Origin: Eledone cirrhosa
Lineage: Eukaryota
Assembly (NCBI GenBank): GCA_964016885.1
Contig: OZ024742.1
Span: 56,234,001 to 56,298,000, forward strand
DNA length: 64,000 nt
Direction of reading: 5' to 3'
The translations under genes and the position numbers were made by a program. Positions 21,948 through 35,897 of the stretch are shown in pieces. The notes beneath the pieces were generated by a model that saw only the letters and a list, made by a program, of their open reading frames with translations, did not search any database and had not been told where the DNA came from. Every line of letters starts with the position of its first letter. Position 1 is the stretch's first letter.

Positions 21948-22299
21948 TTCTTGTCTGATAATCCCGTGATAAGCAAGATGATACATAGAACTCACTTGGG
22001 GTGCTCTTGCTGCTTATACCCGTTAATCAACAAGAGGCGATTATATAACTCTTACTGATAAACAACACACGAATTAACACTATCTATCTATCTATCTTGA
22101 TAGAGTAAGACACGCTTCGCATCGGCTCCGCTATTCCATCGGGATTTACCCTTACTATTGTAAGTACCGGATAAATTTTTTAGTGCAACACATTTGGAAC
22201 ACTAACCCCTGTTATTTAGGGAAACATTTTTGCATTTACCCCCTTTTTAGGGGGTAAAATAAATATCTGTTTTTGCCGAAAAATTTCTTTCTTGGCAGC

Positions 22300-24132
22300 A
22301 TGGCGGAAAAGATGGCAGACATGTCTGCCATTAGCTCTGCCACGCCCCCCAAGTCTGAAGAACAAAAAATAATTACAACAAAATTAGACATTGAAACAAA
22401 CAAAGAAAATGAAAAAACAAATGTTAAGGAAAATGAGCAAACAGAAAACAAACAAACAGAAAATAATACAAATAACGACAGGGCAACTTTCGCCCAGAAA
22501 ACAAAACAATCCATTACATACACACCAATTGACCTAACTGCCGCCAGAGAAAAACTGGCCGAAGCAAAGAAACACATTGTTTTGGGGGAGAACGGAATGT
22601 TTTCCATTAACTCCCCCCCCCCAGAATTCAAGAAAGCCAGAGCAGAAAACACAGTTCTCTACAGAACTATACTGAACCAGACAAGAAAGCCAGCACAGCC
22701 CAGCCAAATGGAAATAGAGTTAGTCCTAAAAGACTATATGAAGAATATTCTCTTCATACGAAAGGACCGACTCTATGGCAGCATTTCGGTCCTAACAAGA
22801 GACAAAGAAACGGCGGAGAAGCTTTCCCTAAGCCCACTCTCATCGACAACATATAGCTTCTATCCCTCCTACATGGGTAGAAGAACACAGAGAGTAAAAG
22901 TAAAAACAATGCTGCCCACAATGGACTTCTGGTGGGCTATTGCTGGCTTCATTTATATGGGCGAAGACACAATGCTGTCAATGGGGAAGGCAACTGGAGA
23001 TGCGTTCCTGGGAATGGGCCTCGACATACTAGTCCAAATGAGGCCCGAAAGAATAGCACAAATCCCGGATCGCATCTGGCTGGATGACCTTACCCCAATA
23101 GACATAATTGTAGAGGGGAGAAGACCAGCATGCTATTTATGCATGGAAAGGGGACACGTTAAGGCTAACTGCCCGAAACGTATCCCCCAAAAAGGACTAT
23201 TGCCCACACCCACCACAAACAGTACACCAACACCACCCACCTCCAAAAATACACTAATACCACACACAGCAAACAAAATACAGACACCACCAACCACAAA
23301 CACAACACAAACATCACCACCACCAGCACCAAACACAAGCACGACACAAAAATCACCACCACCAACCACAACACAAACACCACCATCACCAACCACAAGC
23401 ACGACACAAACATTACCACCACCACCACAAAACCCATTCCAAACAAATAATAAAAAAAACAGTAACAAATCTACCTCTCCCGCAAAAAAAAAAACAACCA
23501 CACAACACGTCCCTCCCACCTAGCGCTGAAGAGTTTCCCCCAACTTCTGAAGAAGAAGGAGGAGAAGCCTTCAGACAAGTTAAAAGAAAAAAAAGAAAAC
23601 ACACACCCAGCACACCACAAATAACCCACACACAAACACCAACTCCAATCAAAAACACCCCACCCTCAACAAACAAAAATAAATCTGCACCTCCCCTCTC
23701 CGAAACATTGACAGCATCACAAAAAAAGACGTTGCAATACACATATATAAATAAAGAAAACAAAAAACTGGTTAAATTAATAAACAATAACCCTATGGTG
23801 CAGACCGAAGGGCCAAACTTTATCTCAACAGAGAACTTCACCCATTTAAAAATGATAAAGGTCCCTCTGGACCTTTATCGTTCCTTAAAAGAACAATTTA
23901 GACGGGACGTGAGCCCCCCCCCTGTTTAAAACCGTTGAATCGCGTCCTCTTGAAAGATTTCCCCATAACCGCCCCTCTCCCTGACACAACTCCAAATACC
24001 CCAACCCCACCACACACGTGTACCCCCACACCACCACAAAACATCCCTCCACCCAACACACCTGATGCCATGCAAATTACGCAACCCGGTGAGGTAAGTG
24101 CTTTTCTTTCTTCACTTTCAACACCAAAATAG
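22300..24132 (+). pseudogene. Tx1 ORF1 (gag-like; CCHC knuckle, Pro/Thr-rich tail), with two apparent frameshifts
   Basis: Knuckle CYLCMERGHVKANC. The frame breaks near the A-run at ~23484-23494 and the C-run at ~23914-23922. Confidence 0.8.
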
Positions 24133-27100
24133 ATCAATTGAGAGTTGGCTGTTTGAACGCGCGTGGCCTGGGCTCAGCTTGGAAGCAAGCAAAGCTTCTA
24201 AGTGACCTCAGGTCACAAAGTATAGATGTGATGGTTGTTTGCGAGAGTCGGATCAGCAGCGTGAGACAGCTGGCGCCCGCCTTCGATGACTTTGAGATGC
24301 ACGCATCTCTCTGTCAACCCGGAGGCGGGGGGGGGGAGTTGCCGTACTGCTGGATAAACGTCTGACTCTCGACGTACAGATTGTTCACTCGGACCCGGGG
24401 GGTCGATTACTGGTGCTGGACGTCGGAGGCGGTGAAGGCGGGGCTTTCAGACTGGTCGGTCTTTATGCTCCCTTCGGGGCGGAAAGAGCCGACTTCTTCC
24501 AGCGTCTGGAGACTTTTCTAGGAACGTCGCGTTCCCTGCTTTTAGTGGGGGACTGGAATGGAATCCTAGATGCGCGTTGGGACTATGCAGGGGCATGTCC
24601 CGATAGAGGGGGGTGTAGCAGCCTCAAGGGGTTACTCGATCGATTCGACCTGGTCGATAGATTTCGACTAGATTGTCCAACTGCGCCAACCTGGACCTGG
24701 GCAAACCGCAGTGGACAATCTAGATCGTACCTAGATAGGTTTTTGGTTAGGAGTAAGGATAGGGACGTATTTAGTTGTCCAGAACTGATCATGGTTGGCT
24801 ATTCAGATCACAAATTAGTGACCTGCGTGGTCAACCTTGATAGAACGCATAGACAGGGTCCCGGTTACTGGAAGATGAACTTGTCCTTACCGACAAAGAA
24901 AGATTACAGAAACCGGATTAGTGGCTTAGTTAAGATGCGGTTGACGGGAGCGATCGTCAACAGTAGGTGGTGGGTATCTCTAAAGAGAGAGATTAGAGTA
25001 AGTTCGATAGGTTACAGTAAGGAACTAGCGGCGAATAGAAATAGGAAGGAAAGGAAGTTAACAGATAAACTAGAAGAGGCGATTAGGAGCGGAGACGTAG
25101 CCAGAGTGTTAGCGACGAGAACGGCATTGAGCCAGTTCTTTGACGCGAAGCACGAAGGCTGCGTTGTCCGAAGTAAAATACGTGCTTTAGGAAACGAGGG
25201 GACCAAAGCTGTTAGCTGGGCCCGCGTGACAGAAGCCAAGAGTGGGATTAAATCCACCATTCGGTCTTTGCGAGACCAGGATGGACGGGTGATCCTTGAA
25301 CCTGAGCGAATGTGCGAGACCTTTCAAAGGCACTTTGCTCGACTGTTCGGAGGTGGCGGGGGGCCGGACGGGGATGTGGACTTCGGTCCATACCTCGACG
25401 GTCTACCGCGTCTTTCGAGCGGCGAAGCGGAGTGCTGCGAAAGGCCAATCACAGCCACTGAAATCGGGGAAGCGCTCAGCCAATGCAGCAGACGCAAATC
25501 CCCGGGTCTCGATGGTCTACCATACGAACTTTATTTAGCTATGCCGGTCTTGTTCTCCGAACTCCTCGAGGCTGTCTATTGCAACTGGCAACAGAACGGG
25601 AGAATTCCCTGTTCTGTGACCAAGGGCGTGGTCACGCTAGTGAGGAAGGATGAGAGCAAGGGGGACGACTTAAGTAACTTTAGGCCCATAACTCTGCTGA
25701 ATGCAGAGTTACAGATTTTGGCCAAGGTGTTGGCGAAGAGGTTGGCGCTTGTGGTGGGTGGTTTGGTGGGAGACGCGCAGACATGCGCTATCCCGTCCAG
25801 GTCCATTCACGACAACCTCCACCTCATGCGATACATCATAGAGAGGGTTGGCTACGAACCCGGCTTTGGTGGGGCCCTGATCAACTTGGATCAATCTAAG
25901 GCGTTCGATAGGGTCGACCATGGTTACCTGGATGCGGTGCTAGCGGCGGCGGGCTTCGGACCCGTTTTCAGGGGCTGGATTTCTGCCATGCACAGTGGCA
26001 ACATCTACTCTAGGATTAAAGTAAACGGCTACCTCTCGGAGCCGTTTCAAATCACCCGATCCATCAGACAGGGGTGCCCCCTCTCCTACCTTCTGTACGT
26101 ATTGACTCTCGAGCCACTGCTGCGGAAGTTGGAGTTGCTGCGGGGCATACCCCTGGAACCGGGATTGCACAAAGCGGTCTCGGCCTATGCCGACGACGTA
26201 ACAGTAATGGTGGCGGACGCCTCGGAAATCGGGGCGATCGCCACCCTACTGGAGGAATACGAAAGGCTGACGGGGGCTAAGCTGAAACAGGACAAGTCAG
26301 TCGGTTTGCAACTCGGAACGTGGAGGGGCAAACCGATGCCGTTAGACGGTGTCGTCGGGCGGTGGACGGAGGGCCCGGTGAAGCTGCTCGGGGTCTGGTT
26401 CGGACCGGACCTCCAGGTGGAGAAGAATTGGGGCGAGGTGACGAGCAGGGTGTTTGCGCTGACCCAGAAGTAGGCCAAGTGCAAACTATCACTGAAAGGT
26501 CGGGCGGAGGTGACGAACGCTTACATAGCGTCCGTCATCTACTACCGCCTGACCGTCGTGCCTTGCCCCAAGGAAAAGCTCACCATCATGGAACGCATGC
26601 TCTTCCAGTTCCTCTGGAAGAAGCGGCCTCCCATGGTGAGGAGATCCATCTGCTGCCAGCACCCTTCGAAAGGAGGGCTGGGTATGCCGTGGCTGTTGAT
26701 GCGTAGGCACGCATTGAGGCTACGGCATCTACAGGTATTCCTCAACGGTCAGCCGGTGTGGGCCCCGTTTGTGAGGCGAGCCTTCCCACAGCTCGTCTCG
26801 CTCACCGAACTGCAATCCTGGGTGAAGCAAAGACCGAGAAAACTGGGCAACTGGCACACCGAGTGTGCCCAGGCGCTCACGGCTATCTGGCAAGCGGACC
26901 CGACTGTCAGTGGAGAATCCACCTCGACATTCTATAGAGGGTTGGTGGCTAGCAGGGGCGACGACACCCTTGGAGAGTCGCTAGGCATGGAGGAGGACGA
27001 ACTGGCCAGCCTGTTCGGTAGAACTTTCGGCCCGGGACCCATGGACAACTTCCAGAGGTCCCTAGCCTGGCAGTGTTACCGGGGGGCTCTGCCCGTTCGA

Positions 27101-27568
27101 GAAAAGCTCTACAGACACGGGCGCCCGGGCAGGGATCCCGCGAAAAAGATCTGTCCCAGATGCGTGCGCGACGAGGAAACCGTTGCGCATGCACTGGTAC
27201 ACTGCCCGGGCGTTGCCGATCTGTGGGGCTACGTCGAACGACTGCTGTCGCGTGTGGCGCCGATTCGATTAACCGCCGAGTCTGTGGTGAACATCAAGCC
27301 GCCTCCTCCCTTCAGAAATGAAGCAGAGGCGGTCTTTCTGTGCGTAATAGCCATGATGAAAGAGGTTGTGTGGTGGACGCGCCTGAAAGGTCTGAGGTCG
27401 GGTGACTTTCTCTCCGGCCATCACCTGGTTTACTTCTTCCGATACCACTTCGGAAGAAGAATCAGGATGGAGAGAGAAGTGCTTGGTCCCAGACAGTTTT
27501 ATGAAAGGTGGGTGAAAGAAGCGAGAATGGCCCGTGTAAATGGGCCTTCTCTCTACATTGTTCTGTAG
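24129..27568 (+). pseudogene. Tx1 ORF2 (APE endonuclease-RT-zinc finger), with one frameshift and one nonsense codon
   Basis: Motifs LNARGL, GDWN, SYLDRF, SDH, PGLDG, FRPITLLN, LDQSKAFD, RQGCPLS, YADD and CPRC..ETVAHALVHC. Frameshift at the G-run ~24328-24337; TAG at 26471-26473 where Trp is expected. Confidence 0.92.
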
Positions 27569-27830
27569 GTGAAGAAGTGAAGAGGAAAGGGGGAGCGCCT
27601 CCTCTCTGGGCTTCCCCCGTGAAAAGAGTTGCACACTTTTCGGGGGTATGTGCAATCTCCAACACGCCCCCTCCCTTTTGAGGACTTTTTATTGTTATAT
27701 TATTATTGTTATTCCTTTTTTCTTTACTCGATTTATGTAAACTCCCCCACTGTGTAAATGTCCCCTTCTTTTGTGCCCTCGTGGCAAATAAATAGAAATT
27801 TATCTATATATAAATATATAAATATATATA

Positions 27831-27920
<90 letters not shown>

Positions 27921-29037
27921 CATACATATACATATATATATATATGGTTACCTGCTATCTGAGTATTTAACCATTTGACTTTCTTGGTAGGTATATATAT
28001 GTGTGTGTGTGTGTGTGCTTGTGTGTGTATCTATGTATGTATTGGAATGTATTTCTAAAGAAACACGGTATGTTCACAAATACACATTTCTAATGCAGTA
28101 GCTTTGCAAAAAAAACTTAGGCTGCTGTCGTCACCTGGAAGTGTCCGACAGAAGCACGGGAGCACAATCTACGATGCATTGCGAACTGAACTGATTATCG
28201 TCAGGACGATCCCTCCCGCTCTTCAACTGCTGAACTTTGAAAACAGCCGAGAATATATAGATTTTTCGTTTGTGTAAATGAGGAGATTAATCTCATTTGC
28301 ATATGAAGCTGTATAAGTTGGCTCAACTTATAATAGAATATACATATATAATAGAATATACATATATGTATTGGAACTAAAGAAATACGGTGTGTTTATA
28401 AATAAATATTTAGAAAGCCGTAGCTATGTAAAATCACCGGTGTTTTTCCATAGCTAGGGCTTTCTAATGTAAATAATGACCAGGTGTATAGGACATAATA
28501 CTAGCTGGCAATATCAAGCGTTCATAATTCCGATTCTCGCTGCAAATTTAAATCCGAGAGGCGGTATGGTTAAATCTAGCGGTGTTTCGCGTCATAAGGT
28601 AGCCAAGTTAGAGCGTGGCTATATATTATTTGGCTATTTAATGAATTAAAGTTCACCGTGTCATTAGTGACATTGGATTAAGGAGGTATTTAACGAACTA
28701 GTCTATTCTTAATATGGATTACATAAAGGGGTTCTCTGATGTGTACATATATATATTATATTATATTATATTATATTATATTATATTATATTATATTATA
28801 TATTATTTATATATTATATTATATTATACTATTTATATATGGCCGTGTAAATCCTGTGAATTAGAGATGTATAATGTAATATATCCGAGTCCCTAAGCGC
28901 AACTTTATAAGAATTCAGGGCCATCTATCCTTATTGCATAATAGTATAAATGTAAATAAATATGTGGAAGCTCGTGTCCTACTTAAATGACTAATAAATC
29001 TATACCATTTAGTTGGTATTATATTTATATCTATAGG

Positions 29038-29226
29038 GCGGTGGATTGGCAGTATCAGTAGAGGGTCGGACGCCATGCTTTGCAGCAAAGAGTTACGACC
29101 CTTTGTGGTCTGGGTTCAAATCCCGCCGAGGTTAACTTTGCCTTTCATCCTTACGAGGTCGATAAAATAAAGTACCAGTAATATACTGGAATGATTGCTG
29201 GCCTTGTGCCAAAAGTAGAAACAATT
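29038..29226 (+). mobile_element. SINE family S1, full length
   Basis: A-box-like TGGCAGTATCAG, B-box GGTTCAAATCC, tail AAGTAGAAACAATTA. Confidence 0.85.
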
Positions 29227-29325
29227 ATATTTATATCTATTTCGATGTATCGTGTTTTCTTGATTGTTGGTCACATTTGGACCTTGAAACTTTGGTAGCG
29301 CTTTTGTTTCGATCATAAATAAATT

Positions 29326-29401
29326 TTATAATATTTCTACTCTCTTCCCGATTGAGCATAGTTTTCTATTCCCATTTTCACATCTACGTACATTGCTACA
29401 T

Positions 29402-29489
<88 letters not shown>

Positions 29490-30013
29490 GTAGAACACTG
29501 GAAGGTAATATCCGTAGTAGTAGAGCACTCAGTCCATGGGACGAGTTAGGCAGAAGTGGTTAAACAACAGTTACTTCACTATACCGAGAACAATTGTTTC
29601 ACCTTGGCAGATCCTCAGCTCGTAATGGACATGGTTATACGGAATAGGAAGACAAGCTAAAACTAGAAATGAATTCTTCACACGTTATCCACACGTCTGG
29701 AAACACCTCTTACATAACTAAAAAACTCCGGATTGAATTACAACAACATCCTAATTTTCTTATCAACTAGAAACTTTCGGACTTTCGCAGTTATATCCCT
29801 TACACCTCTCGCACGCAATTTAGTATTGCCTGTGTGAAGTGATCGTTTCTGCGCATGCGCGTTCGTACGGTTGTCCTTCCTGTTCCGTATAACCATGTCC
29901 ATTACGAGCTGAGGATCCGCTAAGGTGAAACAATTGTTCTCGGTATGGTGAACTAACTGTTGTGTAACCACTTATATATATTTATATATACATATATACA
30001 TATATACACACAC

Positions 30014-30078
<65 letters not shown>

Positions 30079-30146
30079 AGCAATGTACGTAGATGTGAAA
30101 ATGGGAATGGAAAACTGCTCAATCGGGAAGATAGTAGAAATATTAT
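29326..30146. mobile_element. Head-to-head palindromic HHR element (family E)
   Basis: 29330-29655 is mirrored by 29870-30145, with (TA)n expansions inside each arm. Confidence 0.85.
29905..29942 (+). ncRNA. Minimal type I hammerhead (mirror copy 29585-29622, minus)
   Basis: CGAG-CTGAGGA-TCC GCTAA GGT-GAAA-CAATTG-TT^CTCG. Confidence 0.82.
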
Positions 30147-30157
30147 ATATATATATA

Positions 30158-31160
30158 TCATAAAACATGTCTATAGAGTCACCAGATAAAATATATACCA
30201 TTTCCTCTCCCAATTAGCATAATTAACTATATAACAAATCGAATAGACCAGGCTATAAGAATAAGGCTTCTATGAAGAAATCTTCAACAAATAACCGAAA
30301 CTAGCCCTTCGCGTTGGCCGCAACGGAATATTTATTGAATATTTCGACAGCGTAATCGCCCAGATACAGTCAATTAAACAGAATTAGGTGTAAAATAAAC
30401 TAGGAGAAAATAGAATACATTTAAATACCTCTACCATGGTTTCGTCCGCATTTTGAGATTTCCAATAATTATGTAACTCGAGCATCGGACTCTTCAGGAG
30501 ATTTGCTCTGATCCAGACACTAAATTTTCCAAAGTGATCGCGCCAAGAATTAAGTCAAAATGGCTAAGAATCGTGACGTAGCAGCGGTCAGGTTGGAAGG
30601 GGTGTGGTAGTTGCTTACGGCTGGTGGCTTTTTTGCTAGAAAGCACAGCACAATACAGCCAAATTTGTATCTCTACCTAATGGGAGATTATTACATATAA
30701 AAGTTTACACATATATATATATATACATACATACATACATATACGTGTTTTGCAACGGGTGACTTTGTGGGTCAATGAAAATTTTATAAATTAAATAATC
30801 AGAGCTATATATCATAAAACATGTCTATAGAATCACCAGAAAAAATATAAACCATTTCCTCTCCCAATTAGCATAATTAACTATATAACAAATCGAATAG
30901 ACCAGGCTATAAGAATAAGGCTTCTATGAAGAAATCTCCAACAAATAACCGAAACTAGCCCTTCGCGTCGGCCGCCTTATTCTTATAGCCTGGTCTATTC
31001 GATTTGTTATATGGTTAATTATGCTAATTGGGAGAGGAAATGGTATATATTTTATCTGGTGATTCTATAGACATGTTTTATGATATATAGCTCTGATTAT
31101 TTAATTTATAAAATTTTCATTGAGCCACAAAGTGACCCGTTGCAAAACACGTATATGTAT
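30158..31160. mobile_element. HHR element family F: ~654-bp unit in partial tandem plus an inverted arm
   Basis: 30158-30320 is repeated at 30812-30974; 30975-31160 is an inverted copy of 30725-30921. Confidence 0.88.
30428..30501 (-). ncRNA. Type I hammerhead ribozyme
   Basis: TCTC-CTGAAGA-GTCCG...CGGAC-GAAA-CCATGG-TA^GAGG. Confidence 0.9.
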
Positions 31161-31167
31161 GTATGTA

Positions 31168-31292
<125 letters not shown>

Positions 31293-31491
31293 AGCAAGAA
31301 TGTGGGCTGGAGAAAATATAGATTAAGCAAGAATAAGTACATATAGTGTAAGTCGCGTGCTTTTAGTAAATATTGTATTTAACATTATTTGAAACAGTCG
31401 TAATTGGATAAGAAAACATAAGCGTGTTATTAACAAATATAGAGATTCCTAAAAAGATATATTACAACTCAATAAACAGGAAAATACTTAC

Positions 31492-31550
31492 AGATAGAAT
31501 TGCGGTTTGAGCTGTAAAAGGCATTGACAACGGCTGGTTGTGTTATCCAC
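31492..31550 (-). CDS. M13 peptidase internal exon, 59 nt (VVNAFY motif)
   Basis: ataacag|G TGG ATA ACA CAA CCA GCC GTT GTC AAT GCC TTT TAC AGC TCA AAC CGC AAT TCT ATC T|gtaagt = WITQPAVVNAFYSSNRNSI. VNAFY is the M13 substrate-binding hallmark. Confidence 0.95.
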
Positions 31551-31833
31551 CTGTTATAAGAAAGAAGAGAAAGTAACAATTTAGAAATGATCAGTCATAG
31601 AAACCGAGATTTAATTAACTTTGCTGTTGCAAATGATAGCAAGGATTTCTGGTATTCTAGTTCATATTTCAAAAAACATCTAAAAGGATTACACGGCGAT
31701 GATGAAATCGCTACAAAGAATGAATTACAGCTTGATGGAAGTGTCTGTCACAGCTAGAGTCTATGTTATTTACTGAAGAAACTAACTGAAAATGTATAAA
31801 TACAGTTACGCGCACACACCTCCAAAAACATAC

Positions 31834-31862
<29 letters not shown>

Positions 31863-31866
<4 letters not shown>

Positions 31867-32265
31867 TGGTAAACGGAATAGAAAATGCTGACAAATTGTT
31901 CACAGTTGAAAAATGGTTTAATTAGGAATAAAAGAGTATTAGTGATTGTATGGGTTAGTATTCAGTTGTGGTTTTAAGTTTTTAAGTTTTTACCGGTTGC
32001 GCATTTCTAAATGCTTTTCAAAAATAATTTTGAGATAGAGTGTCCGTGCTGTTTGCTCTGATCAGATCAGAGCAAACAGCACGGACACTCTATCTCAAAA
32101 TTATTTTTGAAAAGCATTTAGAAATGCGCAACCGGTAAAAACTTAAAAACTTAAAACCACAACTGAATACTAACCCATACAATCACTAATACTCTTTTAT
32201 TCCTAATTAAACCATTTTTCAACTGTGAACAATTTGTCAGCATTTTCTATTCCGTTTACCAATAT
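31863..32265. repeat. Apparently perfect 403-bp palindrome (centre 32064) with a mutated U3-A8 HHR in each arm
   Basis: Arms look identical by eye around a 1-nt spacer; TTT-TTGAAAA-GCATT..AATGC-GCAA-CCGG-TA-AAA at 32104-32140. Confidence 0.9.
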
Positions 32266-32292
32266 TTAATAACTTGTGTGTTACACCTCTAT

Positions 32293-32410
<118 letters not shown>

Positions 32411-32537
32411 GTATATATATTATTGTTGTTGTGGTATATGTATGGCCACTGCCTCTATTGAGTGCTTTGTGATTGCATCAAATAACTCGATTAGTACCTT
32501 CTATATGGCAGCTACAACTTCGATTCTTACCTAATAT

Positions 32538-32625
<88 letters not shown>

Positions 32626-32649
32626 GTATATATATATATATATATATGA

Positions 32650-34235
32650 AAACAGGGAGAAAGAGACGATTATTAGGAAGAAAAATATATATTTTTCCTT
32701 TTTTGTTTCTCTCTCTCTTTTTTTCTGGGTTAGAAAATGATTAAAACGAAATGTTTTACTTTGTGTGAAGTGTTAAGGTATTAGTTGATTTATTTATTAT
32801 TTAACAATGGCATTTATTTATCTATTTATATATTTAATTATTGTCTATTACAGGTTTCAGCATTTTTATGCATTATCAAATGATAGTGAAATGTATTAGT
32901 GTGGTGTCGCACATGTTAAACAGAAGGTGCAGTAAGAATAATCTTATTTACAAACAACGTTGATGAAGTCAAAAGAAAAAAGTAAAAGGAAAAAAAAACG
33001 TGCATAATGTAAAGCATAAAAAGTCAATGTGGAAGAAAAAATAATGTTATTTACAAGCATAGTCATTGAAGTTAAGCAGATCAAAATGTGTGAATATAGC
33101 AAGAGTGCTTAGTTGATCCATGATTCCATGATGGAGGCAAATGGTGGACTGAGGTTTGATATGATTTCCCTTTTTAGAGAGTTAATATGCAGGGGGGAGC
33201 AATTCTTGCTGGATGATAATTAATTTATTTACGAAAAAGGATTAGGTAGAGTGTGAGGGAGGTAACTCTTGTAAATGTTTGATTGTTTGTTGCAGTTTTA
33301 GATTGGTCCGATTTTTAGAGCATTAAGTAGGCGTTAGAATTTATTAATGAAATATGTTTCCTTATTGGTAAGTTGGATGAAAGTAGCGTTGTCTATGAAT
33401 TTGTAAATGGGGAAAATTTTAAAGTTTGGATGTTGGTTGTGAGCACAATTGGCGATATGTTCACTAAATGCAATCTTTCCGTATTCCTGTATTTTAATTT
33501 GTTATTTATGGACGGTCATACGTTGACGGAGGCTGTTTTTTGTCTGTCCTATGTAGTGCTCTTGACAACCTGATCAGGTCAAAACAGCGATAACGTTTTC
33601 AGATGCACATGTAAAGTTGTGTATAACTGTGAAACGTTGTCCTTGTTTAAAATGGAATGTTGAACCTTCTATTAGATTTATGCATATGCCACATTTGGGC
33701 CTTCCGCATTTTGTTACTGTAGTGTTCATTGTGAGGGTTTGTTGGATTTTGGCTTGTGTGAGGATGTTTTTTATGGATTTAGGTTGTCTTTTGCTCTTTA
33801 TGATGTGTGTTTGGAGGATTTTGTTCATTCTTGTGTCTCTTTTTAGTAAAGGAATGCTCTGGACGATGCTGTCGAATGCCTCATTGTTGAGGGAGTTGTG
33901 TGTGGAGATGTATCGTAGAGTTTTATTGTTGCGGTTCATTCCTGGATTTGGGGTGCCTGAGTTCCTGGATGTCTAGTTTTAGGGCACGTTGGAATCCATT
34001 TGTGATTAGGGATGGTGGGTAGTTTCTGCTGATAAATGTGTTTTTTTAATTCTTCTAGTCATGTGTAGGATGTGTATTTATCTGAAACTATTGTGCAGAT
34101 CCTTCTGGCTAGGTTATAAGGAATTGCCATGTTGGTGTGTCTAGAGTGGCACGAGTTGATTGGAAGGTATTGTTTAAAGTCTGTGGGTTTGTAGTTTGTT
34201 TCTATTTTGTTGCTTGTTTTCTTGATGAGGATGTC

Positions 34236-34237
<2 letters not shown>
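32650..34237 (-). mobile_element. Penelope-like element (Neptune-type linker), 5'-truncated and decayed
   Basis: RT C-terminus [28 protein letters not shown]; linker KCGRPKCGIC; GIY-YIG FTCASENVI...CQEHYIGQTKNSLRQRMTVH. Both ends lie in (TA)n. Confidence 0.9.
32845..32886 (-). ncRNA. Hammerhead (U3-A8 variant) in the Penelope 3' UTR
   Basis: CTATCAT-TTGATAA-TGCAT AAAA ATGCT-GAAA-CCTG-TA^ATAG; helix I is imperfect. Confidence 0.68.
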
Positions 34238-34317
<80 letters not shown>

Positions 34318-34325
34318 TGTATATG

Positions 34326-34360
<35 letters not shown>

Positions 34361-34368
34361 TGTATATG

Positions 34369-34432
<64 letters not shown>

Positions 34433-34506
34433 CGTATACAGTCAGAGAGAGAGAGAGAAAGTAAGAAATTAATAAATGGATAGAAAGATTGGCACACAAA
34501 CACACA

Positions 34507-34575
<69 letters not shown>

Positions 34576-34669
34576 TGTATGTGTATATATAAAGTATGTA
34601 TATATATAGTATGTATGTGTATATATACAGTATAAATATATATATATATATATTCTCTTTTTTCTCGAC

Positions 34670-35340
34670 CATATATTCCTGAGAGAGTCGTGTAGAAGGT
34701 GCTGTTGAGGAGGATGCACCGCTCTGATGAGATTTCAGCTGAATCCCAAAGTCCGTCCATGTCTTAATTTTGGACGCCTTTACTGTCTCTGCTGAGATTC
34801 GTCGTGCCTGGTAGTACCGCAAAGCTTTGTAGGCTTCCTTCTTTGCTCAGATGGCATCTTTGACCTCTTGAATAAACCAAGGGGTTCTCATGCCACACTA
34901 AGTCTCTTTGGTCGGCAACATTGAACAGCTGAGGAGTAGATATCGCCGAGCTGAATAGCCACCACTCCGTTTCAACTTCCTCAATTTGCTCAGGGAGTTC
35001 TCTTAATTTGGATGCAATAGAATCTACATCCTAGGCCTGACTTCCTTATCCACTTATGCTTCCCACCTTATCCTCATTAGATTTCTGTTTTAGCAATGGG
35101 CGGTCTATCATATACACCTTCTTCCAGCAGAGAGACATACACATGGTGTAAGGGGAATCAGAGACAGAGATCAATAATTGATTTTCTTATTGTCTCTGAT
35201 ATCTTAAATCCTGTGCTGGATGTTCTTGTTAAAAGAGGGTCTGCGCTATCAACTGATCACCATCTAGTTATCTGCAGCGCGATACTACCAAAGTGCAAAG
35301 AAAACCACAAAATTGACAGATACAAATTGACCTACAGGAT
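34670..35340. mobile_element. RTE-clade LINE fragments in opposite orientations
   Basis: Minus strand: [25 protein letters not shown]. Plus strand, APE C-terminus: YTW..RSIIDFLIVS..KRGSALSTDHHLV. Confidence 0.75.
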
Positions 35341-35592
35341 ATATATATTTCCATATAAAGCGTGAAACTAATAAGACTTTTTGTACTTCTGTTTGTTGTT
35401 TCCTTGAATTATATATATATAGGAAAATAGTCAGGACCCCGACGGCTGAGCTTCGGCCGTTTCGACAGCTAAATCCGAACTGTGAGCTCAGCCGTTGGGG
35501 TGCTGACATTTTTCCTATTACCCACTCTACTACCCAAAGTATCGAGTACTCTGGTGCGTTATGGTCCACCTGGTTCCTTACCACACTTTCTT

Positions 35593-35646
<54 letters not shown>

Positions 35647-35818
35647 AGAGAGATTGAGAATGATTGATTAGTTAATTTTTTAACACCACATTCCATTTCG
35701 AAGCCTCAAAATTATTGGTTTATTCGCAAACCTTCTGCTTATTGGGCTCAAATCTCATCGAGTTAACATCTACCTTTCATCCATTCATTAATGAAGTACC
35801 ATTCCAGTACTCAGATCG

Positions 35819-35897
<79 letters not shown>

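Larger units (their letters stand above)
22097..27800 (+). mobile_element. Near full-length Tx1-clade (L1 group) non-LTR retrotransposon
   Basis: 5' UTR, ORF1 and ORF2, then a 3' UTR ending AATAAATAGAAATT|TATCTATATA. (TATC)n at the 5' flank; the 5' boundary is approximate. Confidence 0.92.

Noticed and set aside
23133-27665. Antisense and alternate-frame ORFs within the LINE
   Set aside because: Shadow ORFs of GC-rich or low-complexity coding sequence.
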